DNA of 20,000 bases. Source: an uncultured virus (IMG/VR IMGVR_UViG_3300021164_000690) (Duplodnaviria > Heunggongvirae > Uroviricota > Caudoviricetes). Location of the stretch: IMG/VR virus record IMGVR_UViG_3300021164_000690; one strand, given 5' to 3'. Both the position numbers and the translations under genes were made by a program. The notes under the pieces were generated by a model, which saw nothing but the letters and a program-made list of their open reading frames with translations, was not told the origin of the DNA and ran no database searches. Positions 1 through 9,900 of the stretch are shown here, piece after piece. Position 1 is the stretch's first letter. Each line of letters begins with the position of its first letter.

Positions 1-48
1 TACGTATTCTTGCCCTAGTGTGGGCTCTGTTGGAAATGTTATTGCCAT
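1..48 (-). CDS. 5' end of a probable virion/tail-associated protein (MAITFPTEPTLGQEYV..., truncated by the window edge)
   Basis: ATG at 48 on the minus strand, AGGA SD-like sequence upstream and a GATAAATA late-promoter-like box at 65-72. The MAIxFPxxPxxGQxY start resembles N-termini of large-phage fibre-like proteins (recalled, not searched). Confidence 0.65.
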   Translation of the reverse strand, partial: MAITFPTEPTLGQEYV

Positions 49-64
49 TTTAGTGTCCTATTCA

Positions 65-72
65 TATTTATC
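65..72 (-). promoter_or_regulatory. T4-late-like promoter (GATAAATA)
   Basis: The minus strand reads cGATAAATAtgaataggacactaaaATG. The same TAAATA core recurs in front of several other genes in the window. Confidence 0.6.
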
Positions 73-73
73 G

Positions 74-3000
74 TTAAGTGTAATCCCAGTATCCGCCCTG
101 TTGTTGCCAGTGGTCTTCTGTAAAGATTAATGTACACATTCCAGTGTTGTCAACAACAGAAGAAGTGCCATCATATGTTTGAAACGGCAACAATGTGCTG
201 CCGCCTATATACGATATTCCAGTAATACGACTCTTAGCAACTGATACAGCTACGTTAGCTGGAACACTGCCATTTCGTAGAACCAAATACATGATCTGTC
301 CTTCAACACCGTCGGCTAATGAGTATAAGCCTTCTGCTAGTTTGTTGACGGATTTAGTTAGATCCAGTGCTGTGGGTGTTGGTTGTACTACTGAAGCAAC
401 TGTGATAGTGATGGTGGTACCTGCTGCGACGCCATTGAATTCGCCGCTGTCAATTGTGCCTATCACAGCGTTAACAACAGATTCGCCGCTAACAGTAATA
501 TTACTGAAACCAGATAGTACCCCGCCAAATACTACGATACTGAATGTCACTACATCTAGTGTAAACGGACCATATGTGCTGTCAGTTAGACCAGTCAAAT
601 CCCCTTCAAAATTAGCGGATAGTGATTGAGCAACACCTGTGGTATTTGGTGCTGGACCGTCTTTGACCACTGTGCTGTTAACTAGGACACCTGGCAATGT
701 TGTACTACCATCTCCGCCAAATGCCCATGTTTCAGTGCCAACTGTGATATTAACAGTTTCAGGTAGTGTGTTAATTGTGCCAGTAGGAACAGGTAATCCT
801 CCTGTGCTGTTACTCCAAGTAATTAGGTCAGTTGATGTGTATTTTGCATCGTTTTCTTCAAGACAGTACCAAGTTCCAGCACCGCTTTGGTTGTTAATAG
901 TTATACCATTACTACCTGAGTAAAGTGTGGAACCAACTTTGGTGTAGGTTTGATTTACCACGGCTAGTCCAGCACCTACAAGAGTAAGTGTTTCGCCGGC
1001 GGGCGTTTCATCAATAACACCACCTTGAGGTAATGTCAACCCACCACTGGTATCAAATGTCCAGTGATTGGTATCTGTGTCAGTGCCTATGACAACATCG
1101 CCACCATTCTTTTCAATCTTGACATACTGGTCATCATCGCCTAGGTATAGGTCAGTGGTCGCAGGATTGCCTGATAGCAAGTGTACGTGGTTGTTTTCGG
1201 ATACTGCCGAACCGTCTAATGTAACGGTAATTTCGATAGGCAATCCAGTAACACCCCCAAACCCAGTTCCACTTACTAGGGTAAAGGTAAATGTAGTCAT
1301 ACTACTTTGTGCTGGTATTGTCCAAGTTAGGTCTACTGGAGCATTCAAATCAACATCTGTCAAACTGCCAGTTGTTGCGCGGCCCAGTTGCTGGGCAGTA
1401 GCACCTGTAAATTCATAATCTAATGTGCCGACTCCGCCATGTACTGAAGACGTTGTTATGGTTATGCTTGAGCCTGGAACAAATCCATCTGGATGATCTG
1501 TTGATAGAGAAAATATTCCTATTGTTGGACGAATAACCAAACTCTGCCCAGGCAATGCTCCTGGCGGTGTAATCACTGTGGTAGTGGCAGTTTCACCTAT
1601 TGTGCTACCTTGGGGTAGGTTCAGATCACCTTCTTCACCAAAACGCCATCTGCGTAGTGTTGAGTCACTCAAGTTGATGTCAATATTAATACCGTTTTCA
1701 CTGAGGATGTCGCCTGGAATGGTTAATGTACCATCATTAGCAAATGTCCAGATTTTAGCCGGATTTGGGCCGCCATCATTATAAGCAGTGATGTTTAATG
1801 TACCATCAGCGTAAGCAGTAACACAACTGGAATATAGACCACTATCATAATAACTGGTTAAACTTACTAAATGATCATTTGCGCCGCCATACGTAGTACC
1901 TAGTCCTTTACCGCCACTCGGACCAATATGTCCACCGGTAGGCAATGTTAAACTACCATCTGGTCCAAACAACCATTGATAACTTTCTCCGGTCTTATCA
2001 GTTGTAATAAGGAATCCCGGAGGTGCTCCATCGTTGTCAATTCTAATCTCAGTATTGTCGCCACCAATAGTAACAGTGGCGTTTGTACCCGATGTACCAT
2101 AACTATCTATGGTCATGCCATTTGGTAGTGTTAGTGTACCATCTGTGCCAAGCACCAGTTCATGAACGCCGCTGACTAATCTATCTGGAGTTAGGTCCGC
2201 CACAGAAGTTAATACTGACGCATCTGGGAATGTGATCGATACGACATCAATGTCAGTGTCTGGTGGAGGTTGAACTAAAGGTGCCGCATCAACCCACACA
2301 TCGCTGTACTTGATGTAGAGTCTACCTTCAACTGTGTTGAACCATAAGGTACCATTGTCTGCTGTGGGTGCTGTGTCTTGACGAACCACTTTGATATCTA
2401 GCAAGTCATCACCAGTCATAGCGTCACGGATGGTCTTGCCCGGTGGAATCGCTAAATCACCATCTGTGCCAAATCGCCAAGTATAACTGAGGCCTGATGT
2501 ACCAAATGAAACTGTTTGGGTTGCACCAGGTTCTTCAAATCCTGCTGTAATATCTTGAGCAACATGAATTTTCCAGGAGTTACCAGGTTCTTCAACAACG
2601 TCTGTGATTGTGGCAGTTATGGGTGTTCCCCATGATGTGGTCACTGTGTCACCTACGCTGACCGAAGATCCCAAGTTGGGATAATCTTCGTGGTCAATAA
2701 ACAAACGCCAAACGCCACCTGGTGGCACAAGTTCATCTACATCATCAACTTCAATATTCTGCAGGCCAAGGTTTCTATTGTCTGTGCCAATCTCCACACC
2801 AAATGTATCAGGATTGAGTTGAGATCCAGGCAATTTAACATAGTTGTAGTCGTCACCCAGGAACAGATCACTAGCGGGTGGATTACTGTTACTGCCGTTA
2901 AAGGCAATGTGGAAGTGTCCTGCCACACCTGGCAATTCCATGTTAGTGCCAATGGCCAATGTGCCTCTATCAGTCACAAGTTTGATACCGTCGGTGTTAT

Positions 3001-3940
3001 TAATGGCACCACCAGCTGGTAGTGTTAAGTTACCATCTGCGCCAAACGTCCAACCGTGAGCAGTAGGAGTAGGACCACTGTAGGTATATATTTGAATATC
3101 TTTGTCAACAGCACCGTCTATGATAAATGCATCTGTTCCGTCAGCGGTGGCAATTGTGGTGCCTTGTGGGAATGTTAATGCACCACTGTTGTTAAATGTC
3201 CAAGTATGAGCATCTGTACTGTATTTTGTGGCAATAGTAGCGCCATTGTTGTCAACCCACACCCACGAATCTTCATCCTTGCCTGCTGGGCTTGCGGGTC
3301 CTGCTGTGATACCAGCATAGTTGCCCGCAACAGTTTTTAGTGTAGCACCGTTGATGATACTTTGATCTGGCAATACAACAACACCACCATTAGTGACTTC
3401 CAGTACATACTGGTTGTTGAGTCCTTGGTTAGGATTTTCATTATACAGTTTGCTGGTGGTAATCTTTCCAGCATCTAATGAATCAGTAAAGCCTTCACCA
3501 AAGTCAGATATGGATCCACCTCCACCTGAAAATAACTGTCCGTCAACATATAACTCGCCGGCATCGGTGACCGTTAAAGAAGCGTTAATCCTTAATGGAA
3601 CATTGTTGATGTATATGGTGTTGTTGCTAACATACAAACTCTTCCACATTTGAGTGGGACTACCAAGGTTTCCACCTAAGTTTGTGCTGGGTAATATGTC
3701 CCCACCCACAGTCAAGTTGCTAGTTATAGTAGTTGCTTGATCGATAGTGATTGCTGAACTATCAGTAGTGCTCATCACACTGCCCGTAAACTCAAATGCT
3801 CCCAGGTTTAAAGGAGCAACATCTAATCCCAGTGCTGTATAAAGCTCAGTAAAGTTGTCGTTAACTTTACTAAACGCTACACGTAACGGATCTCCGTCAC
3901 CCTTGTCTGCCGTACCAATATTGATATTTAATTTTGCCAT
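74..3940 (-). CDS. Large mosaic tail-fibre/baseplate-associated structural protein (1288 aa)
   Basis: The N-terminus MAKLNINIGTADKGDGDPLRVAFSKVNDNFTELY matches the T4 gp9/gp10-type N-terminal motif. The protein is G/T/D-rich, has about 10 W-x-F-x-x-D-G-x-L-x-L-P repeats and a fibre-type APT..G.LWFNT..GRLYI.Y...WVD motif. Its ATG overlaps the upstream stop (TAATG at 3938-3942). Confidence 0.8.
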   Translation of the reverse strand: MAKLNINIGTADKGDGDPLRVAFSKVNDNFTELYTALGLDVAPLNLGAFEFTGSVMSTTDSSAITIDQATTITSNLTVGGDILPSTNLGGNLGSPTQMWKSLYVSNNTIYINNVPLRINASLTVTDAGELYVDGQLFSGGGGSISDFGEGFTDSLDAGKITTSKLYNENPNQGLNNQYVLEVTNGGVVVLPDQSIINGATLKTVAGNYAGITAGPASPAGKDEDSWVWVDNNGATIATKYSTDAHTWTFNNSGALTFPQGTTIATADGTDAFIIDGAVDKDIQIYTYSGPTPTAHGWTFGADGNLTLPAGGAINNTDGIKLVTDRGTLAIGTNMELPGVAGHFHIAFNGSNSNPPASDLFLGDDYNYVKLPGSQLNPDTFGVEIGTDNRNLGLQNIEVDDVDELVPPGGVWRLFIDHEDYPNLGSSVSVGDTVTTSWGTPITATITDVVEEPGNSWKIHVAQDITAGFEEPGATQTVSFGTSGLSYTWRFGTDGDLAIPPGKTIRDAMTGDDLLDIKVVRQDTAPTADNGTLWFNTVEGRLYIKYSDVWVDAAPLVQPPPDTDIDVVSITFPDASVLTSVADLTPDRLVSGVHELVLGTDGTLTLPNGMTIDSYGTSGTNATVTIGGDNTEIRIDNDGAPPGFLITTDKTGESYQWLFGPDGSLTLPTGGHIGPSGGKGLGTTYGGANDHLVSLTSYYDSGLYSSCVTAYADGTLNITAYNDGGPNPAKIWTFANDGTLTIPGDILSENGINIDINLSDSTLRRWRFGEEGDLNLPQGSTIGETATTTVITPPGALPGQSLVIRPTIGIFSLSTDHPDGFVPGSSITITTSSVHGGVGTLDYEFTGATAQQLGRATTGSLTDVDLNAPVDLTWTIPAQSSMTTFTFTLVSGTGFGGVTGLPIEITVTLDGSAVSENNHVHLLSGNPATTDLYLGDDDQYVKIEKNGGDVVIGTDTDTNHWTFDTSGGLTLPQGGVIDETPAGETLTLVGAGLAVVNQTYTKVGSTLYSGSNGITINNQSGAGTWYCLEENDAKYTSTDLITWSNSTGGLPVPTGTINTLPETVNITVGTETWAFGGDGSTTLPGVLVNSTVVKDGPAPNTTGVAQSLSANFEGDLTGLTDSTYGPFTLDVVTFSIVVFGGVLSGFSNITVSGESVVNAVIGTIDSGEFNGVAAGTTITITVASVVQPTPTALDLTKSVNKLAEGLYSLADGVEGQIMYLVLRNGSVPANVAVSVAKSRITGISYIGGSTLLPFQTYDGTSSVVDNTGMCTLIFTEDHWQQQGGYWDYT

Positions 3941-6900
3941 TATATTCTCCCTACCGCTACTTCAACAATTCCCTTGCCAGGGTCCAGTTTATCAGCAATT
4001 GCCTTACCAATAATAGTTCCAACTTGTGGATTCATTGCTTTACATCCATAACCAGCTTGGGCTGCGGTAGTTATTAGATCGCCCTTTTTAATAATTCCCA
4101 ATACTTTTACTGGCACACGCCCTTGGAGCGCAATACAAGCTCTTGTACCTTGTAAATCTTTATTCATCACATAGGCTGGATTAGTTGTTACCACACCAGC
4201 AACTCTACTATCAGATGAAATAAATGTTGTTGTTACTTCTGCTGCGCCACCAAATACTAGTACAGTACCTGGTTCATATTCTTGGTCAGATGCGTACCAC
4301 TCTGCCAAGTCAGCGTATGTAGCTTCAAATGTGCCATCCAAATGCCACTCACCTTGGATATCACCTCGAGTTGTTGCACTTCCAGTTGTGATATCATCAA
4401 CTTCTATGCTACCAGCTCTTGCGTCAATTATACCGCCAGTTTCTAAAACTAGTTTACTGGTATCTTGTAAGGTCCAAACACCCGTTAATGAACCGCTGCC
4501 TAATAACGATCCAGTTGTGATATTTGTTGAAGTTAAAACTCCGGTTACATTTAGGCCAGTGGCAACATCGAGATTATTATGAATATAAGTTGTACCAGTT
4601 GGATCGGTACCTGCCGAACTCATAAAGTTAAATGCAGTTCCAGCAGCTGGACTGTAAAATTCAACGTGTGTACTTGCAGTGTCAATTATTTTGTAACCGT
4701 CAACTTTTAATTGTTTAACGTCAATTTCTCCAGCACTTAATGTTTTTACTAAACTATCATTGCCGCCAGTAGTAGTCACGCTTGTAATAGCATAGCTGTT
4801 TACGTTGTTTGGACTAGTACCAGCAACCGCTGTAATAGTTACAACGCCGGTAGTATTAAATGCTGTACGTAAGCCTTCTTCAACAATACTTTGTGAACTA
4901 ACTTGTTGAGGTGCCGCAGAAGCTCCTGTGAAGTTGCCTAAGATTGCTTTATTATCAATGTTGGCCATTTCAGATCTTGCGACACCGCCAGCTTTAATTC
5001 CAACCCATCCTTCTGCAACTTCAAAATTAGCTGAATCAAAACTTGCTAATCCGCTCAAGTTTTGTTTTGCTCTAGCAGTACCAGTTGGAACTGTTGCACG
5101 GGCAGTTGCCAAATTCATTAACAACTTGCTTTGTGCAATATCAGCTCCAGAGTTTACATCGGCATCAATAATGACACCAGGGTTAATTTGATAATTTAAT
5201 TGTGCATCATTTAATCCGTGAACTATAGATCCAGCACTGTGAGTTGACGGGTCTTGGAAGTCTGGACCAAACTTGATATCAGTAGCTGAACTTACACTTA
5301 AACGTACAACATCATCAAATCTGTTTGATGCTCCAGTTACGCTGGCATAATAAAATATTTCATCGTTAATCTTTAAGTAGCCTGATGTTGGAAATCCAGT
5401 AATGTTCACTACAGTAATACCACTGTTGACATCTAACTGTGTTATGCCAGTAATTGGGCCTACTAAGGTTGTTGTATCAGCACTGCTAAATGTAGCAGTA
5501 ATATCACCTGAAATAGTTGCACTAATTATTGCCCCACCAGCAATTGGGAAAGCTGCCACGTCTGCTGGTTGTGGACTAAAAATGTTTACGTTCTTTAATG
5601 CATCAACGGAATCATATTGTGCAACTAAACTGTCAACATATAACTTATGTGCAGCATCAGTATCTGATACTGGAGCGCCAACGTTTTTAAGTTTGAATCC
5701 GCCAAATCTTAAATCAGCAGTTGCTTCCAAAATACCAGCACGGTCCATATATCCTGGACCAACTGCTGACAATGCTAGACTTGAAATTGGAACATTTTCC
5801 TTATTCATTCCAAGTCGTCTATCAATATAAGTACCAACGGCATTTTCAGTTGGAACTGAGTCATCAGCCATGTCAATAAATTCGCTGTCTTCTGAGAACT
5901 CGTTAATTTCACGACCCGATGTCAATGCCAATGAACTCAGACCAGTAAGACCAATATTAGCATTAAAACTTACGCTGCCAGTGCCTTGGTCAACTGTAAA
6001 AAATCTACCTACACGGAAGAAACCGTTTTGATCTGTTGATATCCAGAAAACACGACCTTGTGTTTTTTCAACAACTTCAACACTGAGACCGCCTGGTAAT
6101 CCACCACGTCCATAAATTTTACTTGGATAATTTGAAGCGTTATATCCACCAGTACCAATATCTAAGAAATCATGTCCCGTAGCACGACAAGTACTAATGT
6201 TAACTAAAATTTCTACATTTTCTTCAGCTGCTAAGCCAGCACGTAATGAGAAGATGTTTGATGATAAATCCAAGTTAGTTACGTGTGTCAATGAACTAGT
6301 TAGACCAATTGTTGGAACGGAGTCCTCTGCTGTATTAATATCAAAGTAATCTTCAATAGATATGATACCGTAGTTTGCACTTACACCTTTATCAAAATAG
6401 TTTGTGATTCTAAAAACTTTACCATTCCATGCAGTAAGCATTTGTCCAGTGTTCAGTCTAGCAATCTCAGGAGTTGTTACTCGGCTAATTGCAAATTGCC
6501 TATCCCCCGCAGTTGCACCTAAGGTACTTGTGCCTCGGATACATGTACCTAGCACAAATTTTTCCGTTTCTAATGATCCAGTGTTTGCATATGTAAAGGT
6601 GGTTTGATTAACAACGGTTACACTAATTCCAGTTCCGTTATAAGTAGCATCATCAATACTAATATCAACAAGATTACCAGTGGATAATCCGTGTGGTCGA
6701 GCACAAACTGCTTGAGCAACGTTACTGCCATTTCTACTAATGAAACTTATGTCAACATAGCCAAGTTTTGATACTATTAAAATACTTAATGTACCAGTTC
6801 CTACCTTTGTAGCTTCACTGGCTCCTGGGTTTGCGTATGTTACCGAGTAAGGCGTTGGAGTAGAAAGAATTGTAACATAATCAACATCATATAGCACATC

Positions 6901-9900
6901 ATCTGCATTGATAGAAATAATTTCACCAACATTTAATCCGTGTGGCTCATCAATATAAACAGTTGCCACATCTGCTGCTCTTGCTAATGATACAATATCA
7001 CCGTTGACAACACTGAGTTGTTTTACAGTCAATTGAATATATCTGTAGTCCTGGTCAATACGAATCTGTGCTTCTTTATTAGGAATACAAATTCCAGTAG
7101 CTGTTGTAGTTGCTACATCAGGGCCAGCATTTGCATATGTAAATGTTACAGAGTCAATTACAGTGACGGTGGCAAACGTGGTGTTGAACGATGATATACT
7201 AACATCAACTTCCGCAAATTTTCCACTAATTAAACCGTGAGCAGCTAAGGTGACTACTGTAGCAACTCCGCTGGTTCTAGATACAGATGACACTATTGAT
7301 TGTGCAGCTGATTGTAGTGGTACTCCAAGAGAGTTTGTACTAGCGTATGCAACAGCTCTGTAAACTGCTGGAGTTTCTGGACTTGGATCACCAATGAACG
7401 TCAATGCAGTGCTAGGTCTAATAGGGTTTGTTTCAGTAACATCATAAAATCTAAATGAACGTTTAGCCCTAACAATAACGGTCTGGTCATGTGTTAGAGG
7501 TCCAATTAATCCTGCCAGTGTATCTGATACACTGGTAGTTAAATTGATACGTATTAGTGATCCAAGTGGTAATCCAGCATCTAAAGAAACATCTTCACAG
7601 CGGTTTACTTCATATCTAGCAATACCCAATGTTGATCCGTGATTAATTTCAATATCGCTAATTGCTGCGATTGGGTAACTAAAGTCGTGTACAATCCATG
7701 AAGTATCATTAAGGTCACCTGTGTTTACAAATGTTCCCAATTTGTAAATTCTAGCCACTTGAATCATATCGTCGGCTAGCGTAATATTATCTGGTACTTC
7801 TAACGGATCACCACCTTCAGCAACTAAACCATAAACGCCGTATGCTGTTGACCCGTTTAATGAACGAATCTGTCCACCACTCTTAGCATAAAATGCCGTA
7901 TGGCAATAGTATGAGAATACTGAAACTGTTTCAACTAGTCCTTTGTTTATAGCAATAAGACCATAACCCAAATCGTTAATTTGTGTAAAGTCATTAGACA
8001 ACATACTTGTATTTCCAGCACCAACAATAGTAATATCGGATGGTAACGATGTTAGTATTGTTGATCCCAACGGGGTTGACCCTGATAGCAATAATCTATA
8101 AGTAGCGTAACTTCTTGCTGGTGCAGCAGTTACACCACCGTTGATAACAGTAACTAAAGTAGAAGTTACCAATGTATTAATTTTTGCAAGAGCAAGAGTT
8201 TCACCTGTTGCGCCAGTTGTTTGTGTAACTTCAGTCTGTAATGGTATTACTGTTACGTTGGCAATAATATCACGTGATATTGTTCTAATATATTCACACG
8301 ATGTTAGAAAAACTGGTTTATATATTGAAGATAGTTGTAATTTTCTTCCTACATAAAACGCATATGATAATTCTAATGTTTCGCTGTTGCCGCCGTATAA
8401 CAAATCGTGTACCAGAGCATCTACAATGTGACCAGTTTCTATATTAATTTTTACTTCAGGGTAAACTAGTGTTGGATTATCAGCTGCAACTTTTGCAACT
8501 ACTTGTGCTTTGATAAAATTTTTGTTAATTTTTAATAATGCCGCAGCATTTTCGTACCCATTACCAGAATAATTTACAGCGTCAATTCTATATCGATTTG
8601 CATTTACTTGGAAAAACGCCGGCACTTGCGGCTTGCGATCAGTATTTGTAACATCAATATTTGTGGAATTTATCTTAGTAGTAACAATAGCTGATAGATT
8701 AGCATTGAATCCATCAACAAACTGTCCTCCAGCAAATCGTTGTTTGTTTATTGATCCAGAAAAACTTGAACTTTGTTGACAGTAAGGAGACTTACTTAAA
8801 ATTTGTCCAGCAGGGTCAAGAACCATCATAAATCCGCCGTGGCCTTGCACACATATCTGTCTTAAAATAACACTGTCATTGCATAAAAACACATCCATTT
8901 CTAAATTATTTTTAGGTGGATTGTAAATAGACCCAACATCGTATTTGCCAATTGCTGCCTTAATTGCTCCAACTTGTCCAGAAATTCGTGTACTAGATTC
9001 AGTTTCTCCTGGATTAACTAAATCTTTAACTTGTGCAATAGTACCACGTTTAGGTGATAATGTTGTGTTTGTAATTATTTGTTGTGCTAGAGTATTGATG
9101 TATTGAATGCCAACTAGCGTTTCAGTTTTTTGTGTGGTTACAGCTAAAGGTGAACGACTAGGATCAAAGTATTGTTCTCCAACAGACAACACGTTATCAA
9201 TTTCACCAGTTAGCAAATCAGCTGACATAGCATCAACGATCAAACCAACACTTCTAGAAAATTCTACATCATCATAAGGTAACGTAGGATATGTTACATC
9301 CATATATCTAATTACTTCGTCTTTGATTAACTCTTTATTAGATAGTAATAGAGCTGATGCTTTTGGATATGTATCTTCAATGTCTAAAATAATTGTATTT
9401 TCACGTAATGCAGGATCTTGCAAATAGTGACGGCCGTAATTGGTTGTTTGAAATATTGTCCAATTGCCACTAGTAACAGGGGTCAACGATGAAAAATCAT
9501 CGTGCAACGTAACATTGAATGTGTTGGTATTGACCGCTGTAATAACACCTTCTGCTGGATATTCGCCTGTCCCTTGAGTTGCTTTAAAAAATCCGCCAAT
9601 CCAGGTACTGCTGGCAGTACCTGTTCCTAATGTAATTACTACATCGCCTGTTAATTGACTTGAAGTTGCAGTAGTTGCTGGAGCAAGGTTTGTACCAGTG
9701 TACTCGGTCAAACGCAATCCGTCAAATGTTTTATCTCTAAAGAATGCAACATTACTCCATTTAGATTTAGAAATTCTATTTCTTGGACGAATAATTGTTC
9801 TACGCATTTCGTCACCAATTATGGCAACGTTGGCAGGTAATCTAATTGGCAAGTCTTCGTAGTAAATTCCACTCTCAACATTGATTGTAATGTTAAGTTC

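Noticed and set aside
689..3410. CRISPR array or shufflon interpretation of the repeated linker
   Set aside because: The repeats are degenerate at DNA level, conserved as protein, irregularly spaced, all in direct orientation and in frame. No cas or invertase gene is in the window.
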